Shown: positions 8,621 to 18,038, counted from the stretch's first letter. The stretch is 32,000 bases of DNA from Okeania sp. (GCF_035285525.1 NZ_JAYKGW010000108.1:3007-35006), one strand, 5' to 3'. The notes: generated from the letters alone by a model not told the origin. A program made the numbers and translations.

Positions 8621-9250
8621 ATGGGTAAAAACTCAACTATTGATACAAAGGAGCGAATTATTAATGCTGCGGAGAAACTGTTTGCCTCTCTAGGTTTTGC
8701 AGGAACTTCATTAAGAGGCATAGTTCGGGAAGCGGATGTAAACTTGGCCGCCATTCATTATCATTTTGGGTCTAAAGAAGAACTATTTAGTGCAGTAGTC
8801 CAACGAGTAGTACAACCAATTATGGAAGAAAAACTACGACTATTGACAATTTTAGAAGAGTCAGACAAACTTCCTTCTGTGGCAGAAATTCTAACAGCAT
8901 TTGTCACCCCTTCCCTACAAATGCTGAAACAGCCGTCAGCAGAATGTCGGATTCATGCACAATTTATAGCCCGATGTCGCACCGAACCATATCAAGTCCA
9001 GAAACTAGCAGAACCAGAATTTAGAATTGTTCAGCAAAGATTTTTGTATGTACTGACAAAAGTGCTATCCAATCAATCTCCCGCAGAATTAAAATGGAAA
9101 CTAGATTTAGTAGTGGCAATGCTAGTGCGGACTATGAATCAAATGGAACACTCAGAAATTTTAAGTGAGGATAGTTCAGTTAAAGATAAAGATATTGATA
9201 AACTTGTGCAGCGTCTTGTAACTTTTATCAGTTATGGAATTAGCGCTTAA
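8621..9250 (+). CDS. TetR/AcrR-family transcriptional regulator
   Basis: 209 aa. The N-terminal HTH ERIINAAEKLFASLGFAGTSLRGIVREADVNLAAIHYHFGSKEELF is the canonical TetR_N signature. The gene is divergent from the efflux genes. Confidence 0.9.
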   Translation: MGKNSTIDTKERIINAAEKLFASLGFAGTSLRGIVREADVNLAAIHYHFGSKEELFSAVVQRVVQPIMEEKLRLLTILEESDKLPSVAEILTAFVTPSLQMLKQPSAECRIHAQFIARCRTEPYQVQKLAEPEFRIVQQRFLYVLTKVLSNQSPAELKWKLDLVVAMLVRTMNQMEHSEILSEDSSVKDKDIDKLVQRLVTFISYGISA

Positions 9251-9303
9251 GAAGTAAGAAAATAGGTGTACCTTATAGTAATGGGAAGCGCTATGTATCA
9301 ATC

Positions 9304-9382
9304 AGGACTTATGCAGAAACCCCATATTTTTTAGGGGCAAGCAGAACCACCATATTTTTTAGGGGTAGAGGGCATTTGCCCT
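9304..9382. repeat. Solo MITE end plus a two-copy ~29-nt tandem repeat
   Basis: aggacttatgcagaaaccccatattttttaggggcaagcagaaccaccatattttttagggg. Only the left AGGACTTA-type end is visible. The unit cagaacc(a)ccatattttttagggg occurs twice. Confidence 0.5.
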
Positions 9383-9450
9383 ATACAAGTAGTGTATTGT
9401 TCAACTGTTTAACACTTTGCGTCAATCTTGTTGGTATTAGAGATAATTTT

Positions 9451-9490
9451 CATTATCAATTATCCATTATTCATTATCAATTATTTATTA
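9451..9490. repeat. STRR-type heptamer array (CATTATC / CAATTAT variants)
   Basis: cattatcaattatccattattcattatcaattatttatta. The upstream extension of ORF 9376..10086 is translated through this array. Confidence 0.8.
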
Positions 9491-10086
9491 TGCCATACAG
9501 TAAATTTACCCTAAGCAAAGCCGTAGAAAACTTTGAATTAACTATTATTGAAGGCGATCGCTTTCTACCAGAAGTTCCCCAAATTAATCCTACTGCTTTA
9601 CTCAGAGATACCTTGAAAGAAACAGTACCTTGGGCGATCGCTGTGAATAGTGAAAAAGCTCGTTCTGAAGGTATTATTAATCCAGTATTATTAGAAGTCA
9701 AACGTCAGCTCAAAGGAAAAATCAGCGTTTTTTCTGGTGAAGAGTTTGCAGTACAACCAGAAATTGATTTAACTGGATATGTTGATTTTTTGATTAGTCG
9801 TTCTTCTGAACAATTATTTATTAGAGCGCCTGTGGTAGTTTTAGTGGAAGCGAAAAAAGAGGACTTGAAATCATCTCTAGGACAATGTTTAGCAGAAATG
9901 GTAGCAGCTCAACGTTTTAATCAACAGAAACAGCAACCAATTTCAACTATTTACGGTACTGTTACAAGTGGTACAGTTTGGCGATTTTTGAAACTAGAAG
10001 AGCAAACAGTTACAATAGACTTAACAGATTATCCATTGCCACCCGTTGAGCAAATTTTAAGCTTTCTAGTTTGGATGGCAAGGTAA
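9490..10086 (+). CDS. Conserved hypothetical with restriction-endonuclease-like PD-(D/E)xK motifs; paralog of 30931..31521
   Basis: I place the start at the internal ATG 9490 (MPYSKFTLSKAVENF..), which aligns with the start of the paralog. Motifs are SEKARSEGII (helix E), GYVDFLIS (D), VVVLVEAKK (ExK) and GQCLAEMVAA (Q). About 40-45% identical by eye to 30931..31521. Confidence 0.7.
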   Translation: MPYSKFTLSKAVENFELTIIEGDRFLPEVPQINPTALLRDTLKETVPWAIAVNSEKARSEGIINPVLLEVKRQLKGKISVFSGEEFAVQPEIDLTGYVDFLISRSSEQLFIRAPVVVLVEAKKEDLKSSLGQCLAEMVAAQRFNQQKQQPISTIYGTVTSGTVWRFLKLEEQTVTIDLTDYPLPPVEQILSFLVWMAR

Positions 10087-10089
10087 TTT

Positions 10090-10120
10090 CAGTTATCAGT
10101 TATCAGTTAACAGTTATCAG
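10090..10120. repeat. STRR heptamer array CAGTTAT
   Basis: cagttatcagttatcagttaacagttatcag, followed by the hairpin gacctccgac taaa gtcgaaggc. Confidence 0.85.
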
Positions 10121-10216
10121 TAGACCTCCGACTAAAGTCGAAGGCTTGAAATACTGAGTTAAATATTTTTTCATCCCCTTAAAAGGGGAGGCACATATCC
10201 TCATTTTTTGGTGAAA

Positions 10217-10716
10217 ATGAATAAAATTAAGCAATTTAAACTAAGATTAAGTCATAAAAATATAGAAAATTTTACTACTCCTCCTGACGATCCTTTAGGA
10301 GAGTTATCTGACTTTGAGTTAGGGTTAAGAAAGTTTTGTTATTTAATCGTCAAGTTATTGTAGAAATTGGGCAAACTAACTTTAAGGTACTTTTATATCC
10401 TGATATTTGTATCTTATTGGAGGATAGATTCACTGAAAAAATAGGAGAGTTATAACGGGATAAAATCATGGGTTTAGATTTCGTTGAAAGTTATTGGTGT
10501 CGAATCAAATTTTTTCCTGTTGATTCCCAAATTAAATGTTATTTAAAAGACCTTAGTTATTATTATCAAGAATCATTAATTATCTTGGATAAACAACAAG
10601 TTTTGACTCAATTAAAGCAATTTTTAACCGAATTAATCAATCTAGTAGTTAATCAAGGTTATATTAGTTTACAGGATAGGGATGAATTTATTAAACCTGC
10701 TTTTGTTCAATCATAG
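10217..10716 (+). pseudogene. Disrupted gene of unknown family (one frameshift near 10340-10360, one in-frame TAA at 10453)
   Basis: ATG 10217 opens MNKIKQFKLRLSHKNIENFTTPPDDPLGELSDFELGLRKF.. and stops at 10361. A second frame from ~10345 reads NRQVIVEIGQTNFKVLLYPDICILLEDRFTEKIGEL*RDKI and is in frame with ORF 10468..10716. Three consecutive open segments suggest a single decayed ~165-aa gene. I recognise no family. Confidence 0.35.
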
Positions 10717-10941
10717 GTACTAAGATAGTTTTCTGTATTTCTTAAGTTAAATTTGCGTTGTTATTGGATGAGATGGTAATGTCAAAGCTTGATATTTTCT
10801 AGCTTAAATTTCTTGGTAGTCCTGCATAGTAATGGTTAAAAATAGAACATTTTCTCTACCAAATTAAGCGGATTTGATATTAGAAAAACTTGTTTTTTAT
10901 AACAGGATTTGGTGCGAAATATGCTGTATCAATTATCCATT

Positions 10942-11081
10942 ATTACAGCAGTTTCACCCCCGCGCGTGAGGTACAAAATTAGTAATTCTGGTAACACAAC
11001 CTTCCAGGTTGTTACAGCAAACGAAAGCTGTGTTACAAAGATATTTAAGTGTACCTCACCATCCTCATGCATTGCTGTAAT
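10942..11081 (-). ncRNA. Candidate structured RNA / hairpin element E1 (nested stems, conserved loop UUUGCUGUAACAACC on the minus strand)
   Basis: Nested inverted repeats are ttacagca(10943-10950)/tgctgtaa(11073-11080) and gtgaggtac(10966-10974)/gtacctcac(11051-11059). The central 14-bp stem is 10991-11004/11023-11036. Its two mismatches become G-U pairs only if read from the minus strand. The loop is the reverse complement of the loop of E2 (12693-12709). No expression evidence. Confidence 0.3.
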
Positions 11082-11116
11082 TATTCTAACTAGCTTTTTA
11101 TAACCAGATTTGATAT

Positions 11117-11145
11117 CAATTATCAATTATCCATTATCCATTATT
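11117..11145. repeat. STRR heptamer array (CAATTAT/CCATTAT)
   Basis: caattatcaattatccattatccattatt, immediately downstream of the TPR gene stop. Confidence 0.8.
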
Positions 11146-12102
11146 TTAATACCTCATATTACCTTCAATCAAAGCTTTAAACTTAGGATTCATATAAATA
11201 TTACCAAAAGCAGTATCAGTTTTTGCCATTTCTCGATAGGGTTTACCAGCACCTAAATTAATTGCTTCTTCTAAATTTTCAATAGCTAAATATATCTTCT
11301 CTTGCAAAGCATAACAACGAGCTTTATTATAGTAGGCTAAAGAATAATCTGGCTGAATTCTTATGGCTTCATTAAAACAAGCGATCGCATCAGGCCAACT
11401 TTCTTTATTTGAGAAAGCTTTACCTAAATTATTCCAAGCTTCCTGATAATCTTCTTTTAGTTCTATTGCTTTCTCATAACTAATAATTTCTTTTTTAGTA
11501 TCTCCTAAATAAAATAACGTTTTGCCTTTAAAATTCCAAGCATAATAATTATTAGGTTGAAGTTCTATTACTTCTTCAAAACATTTCAATGCTTCGTGAT
11601 ACCTTCCCAACTCAAAAAATGCTTTACCTTGATTCTCCCACACTTGATATAAATCTGGTTTAATTTTTATTGCTTGTTTATACTTTTTAATAGCTTCTCG
11701 GTAATTTCCTAAATCACTCCAAATATTTCCTAAATTGTACCAAGCTTGATATAAATTTGGTTGGATATATAGTGCTTTCTCAAAAGAATTTATTGCTTTT
11801 CGATATTCTCCTAAATCATTTAGTAGAATCCCTCTATTATACCAAGCTAAATAACAATTTGGTTCCAAACTTACAGCTAAATTAAAATTATTTAAAGCCA
11901 AATAAAATCTCCCTGTTTTTTTTAAGGCATTCCCCCGATTATTCCAGGCTTGAGCGTAGTCTGGTTTAATTTTTATTGCCCGGTTAAAAGCACTAATAGC
12001 TTGCTCATATTTTCCCGATTTACTAAGATTTACTCCCAGACTATGCCAACCCTGATAATTATCTGGAGAGATTTCTATTTGTTCATCCATTTCATTTTTC
12101 AA
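11146..12102 (-). CDS. Tetratricopeptide (TPR) repeat protein
   Basis: 318 aa made almost entirely of ~34-aa repeats. About nine units fit the W-N-x-G-x-A-L-x-x-L-G-x-Y-x-E-A-I-x-x-F-x-x-A-I-x-I-x-P-D/N-Y TPR consensus. Confidence 0.9.
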   Translation of the reverse strand: MKNEMDEQIEISPDNYQGWHSLGVNLSKSGKYEQAISAFNRAIKIKPDYAQAWNNRGNALKKTGRFYLALNNFNLAVSLEPNCYLAWYNRGILLNDLGEYRKAINSFEKALYIQPNLYQAWYNLGNIWSDLGNYREAIKKYKQAIKIKPDLYQVWENQGKAFFELGRYHEALKCFEEVIELQPNNYYAWNFKGKTLFYLGDTKKEIISYEKAIELKEDYQEAWNNLGKAFSNKESWPDAIACFNEAIRIQPDYSLAYYNKARCYALQEKIYLAIENLEEAINLGAGKPYREMAKTDTAFGNIYMNPKFKALIEGNMRY

Positions 12103-12268
12103 AGAAGAAGGAAGTCAATTATCAGTTAAATCTTTGGTAGTATTGCATTGTCATAATCATGCCTGATTATTTTGTTTGTGAGGAAGCATAGTAGTGGGAG
12201 CATCTTGCTCCCGTACCAAACATTCCTTTCTTGCTCCCGTACCAAACATTCCTTTTCCTATTTCTTTC

Positions 12269-12357
12269 AGGACTTACGCAAAGGTACTATATGTAGATTT
12301 GAAAAACTATTGCGCAATAGTTTTAAGCACTATATCTAGGGTCGTTGCCTAAGTCCT
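12269..12357. mobile_element. MITE-like element (89 bp), same family as 2066-2153
   Basis: aggacttacgcaaaggtactatatgtag..aaactattgcgcaatagtttt..ctatatctagggtcgttgcctaagtcct. It is inserted in a 26-nt repeat tract (cttgctcccgtaccaaacattcctttt at 12204, 12230 and 12364). Confidence 0.7.
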
Positions 12358-12466
12358 GTCTTTCTTGCTCCCGTACCAAACATTCCTTTTTCCTACATAT
12401 TATTAATTATGCAAAACTACCAAATCTTTTTTGAGTTTTATCAAAATAATTAAGTAGGAATTTTAG

Positions 12467-12497
12467 TTCTTACTTCTTACTTCTTACTTCTTACTTC
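12467..12497. repeat. STRR heptamer array TTCTTAC
   Basis: ttcttac x4 in tandem. Confidence 0.85.
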
Positions 12498-12498
12498 A

Positions 12499-12564
12499 TC
12501 AGGATTTACACAACATATTAAATAGTAAAATGCCCCGGTTAAATATATCGGTCTTGCGTAAATC
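12499..12564. mobile_element. Short MITE-like element (66 bp) with AGGATTTAC ends
   Basis: aggatttacacaac...cttgcgtaaatcct. The ends are inverted variants of the AGGACTTACGCA family. Confidence 0.45.
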
Positions 12565-12650
12565 CTGTTCATTATAAATCTAAGCATTTAGCTCTTAGGA
12601 TTTAGCTATTAGCAATAAAACTATATGCTTAAGGACAAGGTTTAATATAG

Positions 12651-12780
12651 AATCCGGGTAATTAGTTATCGTAATTTGCAGTTCAGCCTTCGTTTGCTGT
12701 AACAACCACCGAAGGTTGAACTGCAAAATTGAATATTTAAGTAGCTATAGAGCTATAAGCGTAAACTGTATAACCGGATT
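12651..12780 (+). ncRNA. Candidate structured RNA / hairpin element E2 (18-bp stem, loop UUUGCUGUAACAACC)
   Basis: The stem tttgcagttcagccttcg (12675-12692) pairs with cgaaggttgaactgcaaa (12710-12727). It has a single G-T position that is a G-U pair only on the plus strand. The loop is tttgctgtaacaaccac. Outer inverted repeat is aatccgg (12651-12657)/ccggatt (12774-12780). No expression evidence. Confidence 0.3.
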
Positions 12781-12927
12781 ATATATAAATGAACATATAC
12801 TTTGAAGCTGAATTTCGTAGCAAAATTTTGCTAGCTCAATCAACAAAGCTTTGAAGGCTCACTAAAAGTAATAGCTAATAGCTGTTAGGGCAGATCCTCC
12901 GCAGGAGGCTATCTTAGAGCTGAATGC

Positions 12928-15372
12928 TTACTTGCTAAGTTCATTATAAATAGCCCATATTGCCATTGCTCTTAAATAATGACTAGCTCGAAAAGTACCT
13001 TCTGCTGTAATAGCTTCTGGAGTACGAAATTGTAAACCATTTTCATAAATTTGTTCTACCACTGCTTCAGTTATTTCTAAAGCTTCTTTTTTCATACCAA
13101 TTTGCACCATAAAAGCTGCTAAACCAAAGTTAATTCCTGTCCAAACTTCTAAAGGATGGGTAGCATCAGGATTCTCTGGAGAACCGTCAGGTAACACCCC
13201 ATTAACTGCACCAAATTTCCCATTATGAAAGTTTTTAAAACAAGAATTATAGACAGTTTTTAAAGCAGAAAATGCACATTCAATAGGTACAATATCTGGT
13301 AATTTTAACAGTTTTGCATAAAATTGACCGCATAATTGGTCAGCCATTACTACTTCCGAATTACTCTCACTATCTAAACGATAATACTCCCCATTCCATA
13401 GTTTTTCTTGATAAATAGGTAATGCTTTTTCTAACCAATTTTGATACACAGAAATTTGATTATTAATTGCATCTATAGAATTTTTATCAACCTCAGAATG
13501 GAAACCTTGGGGTGGATAATAAGGAATTTTTCTGGGATGTTCAATTAACACTTTCCCCATAGCGATCGCTGCCTCCAATGCAGCTAACCATAACCCCCCA
13601 CAATAAGCACTCACACCCCGTAACTGCCAATCATCAAAAGTTTGGTCTGGCGCTCCCTCATTTTCCGGAATGCCATCATTATCTTTGTCAAAAGCTTTGA
13701 GATATGCTACCGTTTCGACAATAGCAGACCAACATTGCCACAGAAACTCGTAATCATTTCCACCAGTCAATAAAAAGTCTCGATACACTTGCAACACAAA
13801 ATCACTGGATAAATCTTTCCACTGATTACAATCTTGATAACTGGTATAATTCGTCTTTTCCCAGGGATGCTCATTCGGTGCACCCAAATCATGGGGAGTT
13901 GCTCCAGCGATTTTTCTTACTGCCGATGCTTGATTATAACCAATAATTCTCGGTGTATCATCCGCCGTCGATATCGCCCGTGCAAACGCCACCAAGACTG
14001 ACTTTTCTAGATCTGGCCACAACATCAACAGCCCAAAAGAACCATATAATCTCACATCTAAACTCTCGTACCAACGATAATCTAGACATTCCACTACACC
14101 AAACTGACCTTTAGGATCACCTTCGCTAGCAGCACTCCAAAGAGTTCCCCCACTGGTGAGATCATAAAGCTCATTAAACAAAGCTGTCTTCAACCAACCA
14201 GGTAAATCTTCCCGTTCCAGAATTGGGTTTTGCCAAGTTTCAATATTCTCCCGCCATCTTTGATAATGCTTCATCGCAGTACGAACCATCGACCAAGCAT
14301 TTTTGCCATTGCGACCATAAAAATCTGTATAACGGCGATAATATGAAACTCCAGCACTAAACTCAGTCACAGGCAAATCCCAAACCAAAAAGAAAGGAAT
14401 TTTCCGAGTTTTCCCTGGTCTAATAGTGAAACGAACTGATATCGCTACCCCGATCTGTTCTCCCTCAGTTGCAGGTAGTTCATTTTCTTCATCTATGAGA
14501 GTACCATCCATCCCAAAGTAATGCCAGATATCTTCCCCGCTACCACTAGGGTTCCACCTTGTGTGATAAGTGACTTCCATACCTGCATTAGCAAACGTTC
14601 CAATCGCCATTTGTCCCTCTCCTTCTGCGGGTTCGTCAGCGATATTTAATTTAGTCATCGTGCAACCAATGCGGTGAAAATCTTCCACTAATAGGTTAAA
14701 ACTATCTGTACTCTCACCCCACAGGGGTTTGTATTCATAGACCGGACTCCCATCATCTCGAACTTTAACTTCTGGTGTTTTCACAAAGTTGGTAAACCAA
14801 CCAATAGTATTCTGCCAACTCAGCATGATACTAAGAGTAATTGCTTCATCTGTGGGATTATGGGCCGTCCATTCAAATATAGCGATCGGATAACTGGTTT
14901 CTTGATAGTTACCTGCCCAGATTGGGGAAAATTGTTCACAACTTAATTGGGCATTAAATACATTTTCATAGACAAACCAACTCCGGGGATAAAGAGCATG
15001 ATAAGTGCCAGTATGTTCCCCTGCTTTTTCTTTAGGATACCACTGCCAAGCAGAAAGACTGCCATCTGTAGGTGGTTCAGTGGATAAAGCATAAGCTTGT
15101 TTCTGGCCTTTTGTTTCTTCAAAAACGCTAAATTGACAACCAGGCAAATTTTGATAAATGTGTTCGCCACCGTCAAGATGCCACAAATTAAAATCGCCCC
15201 GTGGGGAACGACCGATAGCACCTGCACCAAAGCCTCCAAGGGGCATTCCGTGCCAGGGGCCATCATCCAGATTACTGCTATAACGGACTTTATAAGGTTT
15301 GTCCCAATCAAGACCAATGGAACGATTCCAAGTATAGGGAGGAATGTTAGGGTTAGGATTTTGTTTATTCAT
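12928..15372 (-). CDS. GH116-family beta-glucosidase (GBA2 / non-lysosomal glucosylceramidase homolog)
   Basis: 814 aa. The N-terminal block WHGMPLGGFGAGAIGRSPRGDFNLWHLDGGEH, the overall length and the C-terminal (alpha/alpha)6-like region (..ENEGAPDQTFDDW..GVSAYCGGLWLAALEAA..) match the GBA2-type family as I know it. Confidence 0.85.
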   Translation of the reverse strand: MNKQNPNPNIPPYTWNRSIGLDWDKPYKVRYSSNLDDGPWHGMPLGGFGAGAIGRSPRGDFNLWHLDGGEHIYQNLPGCQFSVFEETKGQKQAYALSTEPPTDGSLSAWQWYPKEKAGEHTGTYHALYPRSWFVYENVFNAQLSCEQFSPIWAGNYQETSYPIAIFEWTAHNPTDEAITLSIMLSWQNTIGWFTNFVKTPEVKVRDDGSPVYEYKPLWGESTDSFNLLVEDFHRIGCTMTKLNIADEPAEGEGQMAIGTFANAGMEVTYHTRWNPSGSGEDIWHYFGMDGTLIDEENELPATEGEQIGVAISVRFTIRPGKTRKIPFFLVWDLPVTEFSAGVSYYRRYTDFYGRNGKNAWSMVRTAMKHYQRWRENIETWQNPILEREDLPGWLKTALFNELYDLTSGGTLWSAASEGDPKGQFGVVECLDYRWYESLDVRLYGSFGLLMLWPDLEKSVLVAFARAISTADDTPRIIGYNQASAVRKIAGATPHDLGAPNEHPWEKTNYTSYQDCNQWKDLSSDFVLQVYRDFLLTGGNDYEFLWQCWSAIVETVAYLKAFDKDNDGIPENEGAPDQTFDDWQLRGVSAYCGGLWLAALEAAIAMGKVLIEHPRKIPYYPPQGFHSEVDKNSIDAINNQISVYQNWLEKALPIYQEKLWNGEYYRLDSESNSEVVMADQLCGQFYAKLLKLPDIVPIECAFSALKTVYNSCFKNFHNGKFGAVNGVLPDGSPENPDATHPLEVWTGINFGLAAFMVQIGMKKEALEITEAVVEQIYENGLQFRTPEAITAEGTFRASHYLRAMAIWAIYNELSK

Positions 15373-15425
15373 ACCCTATATTTTATTAAGTTAAAAGTTA
15401 AAAGTCAAAAGTAATTAAGGTAGGG

Positions 15426-15618
15426 AGTAGGGAGTAGGGAGTACTTAAGAGTTAGGAAGAATGGGAGTTATAGAGGAATTAGTTGTCAGAATTGTCAAGG
15501 TAGGGAGTAGGGACTAGTTAGGGCTTGCTGATTAAATTTGAAAGTCTTTACAGATAAACCTTTTAGCATTTTTAGGTAGGTCAAAAGTACCAGCTTTTAA
15601 GTCTTGAAAGCTAAAAAG
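15426..15618. repeat. Composite dispersed repeat: module X (15426-15500, with GGGAGTA STRR) plus module Y (15521-15618)
   Basis: X is the reverse complement of 23146-23261: ttaaggtagggagtagggagtagggagta..ttatagaggaattagttg. Y is direct with 23013-23110: gggcttgc..acagataaa..aaaagtaccagctttta. Confidence 0.75.
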
Positions 15619-15761
15619 TCTAGGATTTTTGGCTAATTGTGACAGAAAATCAAGGGATAACTCTTCTGGCTACCTCTTCTGTAATTCTTATTCCTTCTGG
15701 ATTGCTGGATTGCTGGATTCTGGCTTCTCCCTGCTACTAAAAGACTGAAGAAGCGCAAATC

Positions 15762-17519
15762 CTAGATAGGAAGAGCGATCGCAAATTCTGTTCCCTTTCC
15801 TAGTTCAGAAGTAACTTCTATTTTTCCCCTATGCTTTTGAATAATTTGATAAGAAATTGACAACCCTAAACCAGTTCCCTTCCCTGTTGGTTTGGTTGTA
15901 AAAAATGGGTCAAAAATTTTATCTGTAATTTTAGGTGGTATTCCTGGACCGTTATCTCGAATTTTGACAAATACTTGGTCTTGAGCTGCCTTTCCTGTTT
16001 GAATCACAATTTGTTTCGGTTGAATATCCGACTCCAATATCGCATCAATAGCATTAGAAATTATATTCATAAATACCTGATTTAATTGAGCTGGATAACA
16101 TTCTACTAAAGGTAAATCCCCGTAATTTTTGACAATTTCAATTTCACGTTTTAGCTTGTGATTAAGAATTAACAGGGTGTTATCAATGCCTTCGTGAATG
16201 TCTACAGATTTGAGGTGACTTTCATCCAGTCGAGAAAAATTCCGTAGCGACACTACAATATTCTGAATCCGATCAGTACCTATCTCCATAGAAGAAATTA
16301 TCTGGGGCAAATCAGATTTAATGTAATCAATATCAATTTCAGTTATTAAATCTTCTATTTCTGGATGCGAATCAGGATACACTTGTTCATAAAGACTGAC
16401 CAAATCTAATATATTTTGTGTATATTCCTGAAGATAACTTATATTACCATGAATAAAATTGATTGGGTTATTAATTTCGTGAGCTATTCCTGCTACCATC
16501 TCTCCCAGACTAGACATTTTTTCGGTTTGAATTAACTGTGTCTGGGTGTTTTGTAAGTCTTCCAAAGCTTGTGTTAATTCTATCGTCCGTTTTTCTACTT
16601 TTTGATTAGCTAACTTTAAATCTTGAGTGTACTCTCCTACCCATTGAATGAGTTGATTGAAAGAAAGAGCTAATAACCCCACTTCATCATTAGTGCTGAC
16701 TGTAGCTTGCAACTCAAAATTAGATTCTGCTGTCACCCTTTGAGCAGTTTTAGTCAAACTCTTGAGAGGGCGAGCGATCGCTTGACTGGTATAAATAGCT
16801 AAACAAGTAGCGATCGCTGCTGATAGCAAAATACTGCCAATAGTAATTTTTTGACGTAAAGTTTCTGAATGGAACATTTCGTGATTAGCCATGTTTTGGT
16901 TTTGTTCCACTTTATTGATTAACTTGTTTAACTTTTCAGAAAGCTTTTCAAACTCAATGCGAATTGCAATTGCCTCTTGACTTGTATTGATAGCTAATAT
17001 TTCTTGTTTGGCAGTTGAAATATCTTCTGGTCGCAAATTAATCGGATCTATTTCCTGCCAACTTTTCTCCATTAATTGACTATATGAATTCCATGTCTGA
17101 CGATAATCTTGTAATATAGACTGAACAATTTCTGGACTCATGTCTAATTGATTAGCTTGATTTTCAACCATCTCATCAAGAGCAACAATTATTTCTTTTA
17201 ATTGCTGACTCTTACCCAAGAACTTGGTAGTTTCATATTTAAACCATACAGGATTTCCAATCACAACAGCTAATTGTTGAGGATGGAATTGTACCTGCCA
17301 AATACAATTTTCTAATTCCTTTAACAGACTTAATTTCCTGTTTGTCAATTCTAGCTCTTCTACAGTTATTTTGTGGTAATAATTTCCTGCCATTAACCCT
17401 ACCGCTGTACCCAACACAGCAATGCCAATTACCAGAGAATAACCATAACCAATTTTTTGGGCAATACTCAAACCTTTGCTCCAGCGCTTAACTGGAGAGA
17501 AAAGTTTCCCAATTTTCAT
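15762..17519 (-). CDS. Sensor histidine kinase with two TM helices, an extracytoplasmic domain and HAMP
   Basis: 585 aa. TM1 is [19 protein letters not shown] and TM2 is [19 protein letters not shown]. The HAMP is [30 protein letters not shown]. Kinase boxes are [27 protein letters not shown]1 RDNGPGI and G2 [11 protein letters not shown]. There is no receiver domain. Confidence 0.9.
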   Translation of the reverse strand: MKIGKLFSPVKRWSKGLSIAQKIGYGYSLVIGIAVLGTAVGLMAGNYYHKITVEELELTNRKLSLLKELENCIWQVQFHPQQLAVVIGNPVWFKYETTKFLGKSQQLKEIIVALDEMVENQANQLDMSPEIVQSILQDYRQTWNSYSQLMEKSWQEIDPINLRPEDISTAKQEILAINTSQEAIAIRIEFEKLSEKLNKLINKVEQNQNMANHEMFHSETLRQKITIGSILLSAAIATCLAIYTSQAIARPLKSLTKTAQRVTAESNFELQATVSTNDEVGLLALSFNQLIQWVGEYTQDLKLANQKVEKRTIELTQALEDLQNTQTQLIQTEKMSSLGEMVAGIAHEINNPINFIHGNISYLQEYTQNILDLVSLYEQVYPDSHPEIEDLITEIDIDYIKSDLPQIISSMEIGTDRIQNIVVSLRNFSRLDESHLKSVDIHEGIDNTLLILNHKLKREIEIVKNYGDLPLVECYPAQLNQVFMNIISNAIDAILESDIQPKQIVIQTGKAAQDQVFVKIRDNGPGIPPKITDKIFDPFFTTKPTGKGTGLGLSISYQIIQKHRGKIEVTSELGKGTEFAIALPI

Positions 17520-17694
17520 ACCAAGTTCCTCATCAGTAGCCTTTTATACCATTTTATTTATATCAACAGTCAGACTTTATCAGCCATAAGTTAGATTTAA
17601 TTAACTAAAAACTTTCATAAGACAATAGTTTCAGTTAATTATTAGACATTTTCAAGTTGAAAACTATTTGTGACATCTTTAAAGTGAATAGGTC

Positions 17695-17844
17695 AGGACT
17701 TACACGGGAGGCACTATATATAGAGTCTTGGTGCGTTGTGCGCTTTTCATGTCGCGCAGCGTTTCGGCGCTTGAGCCGATATATAAAGCGGAGCTTTGCG
17801 GAACGCAAAACGTACCCTACCAATAGCGTTCATGTGCAAGTCCT
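17695..17844. mobile_element. MITE-like element (150 bp)
   Basis: aggacttacacgggaggcactatatatagag ... catgtgcaagtcct. The two 62-63-aa ORFs in the track (17635..17823, 17657..17848) lie inside it and are probably spurious. Confidence 0.65.
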
Positions 17845-17882
17845 ATAGGTATTAATTTTATTATACCAAGCTTAAAATATTT

Positions 17883-18018
17883 AGGACTTACGCAAAGCAA
17901 GGTATTTCTGTCATTGCTGGTTCCGCAGCTTTGCGTTAGCAAGCAACAGTATTTGCGAAACAGTCCGTCAGAATAGCAACCTCAAATAACCAAAATTCGT
18001 TCCCAATGCGTAAGTCAT
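17883..18018. mobile_element. MITE-like element (136 bp), related to 1916-2048
   Basis: aggacttacgcaaagcaagg ... cagaatagcaacctcaaataaccaaaattcgttcccaatgcgtaagtcat. Confidence 0.65.
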
Positions 18019-18038
18019 GATATTAATCCCAAAATACT

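Noticed and set aside
9376-9489. Upstream extension of the PD-(D/E)xK-like ORF (start at 9376)
   Set aside because: The extension is translated through an STRR heptamer array (HYQLSIIHYQLFI). The paralog at 30931..31521 aligns from the internal Met at 9490.
9477-9701. Minus-strand ORF 9477..9701
   Set aside because: It is antisense to the better-supported 9490..10086 gene and has no motifs.
10909-11126. ORFs 10909..11103 (+) and 10929..11126 (-)
   Set aside because: They are mutually overlapping on opposite strands and lie entirely within the nested-hairpin element E1. Open frames on both strands are expected from a palindromic sequence.
14943-15414. ORFs 14943..15317 (-) and 15097..15414 (+)
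   Set aside because: They are alternative-frame or antisense ORFs inside the GH116 gene.
17635-17848. ORFs 17635..17823 (-) and 17657..17848 (+)
   Set aside because: Both lie within the 150-bp MITE-like element and its flank. Arg-rich translations of an inverted repeat are almost certainly non-coding.
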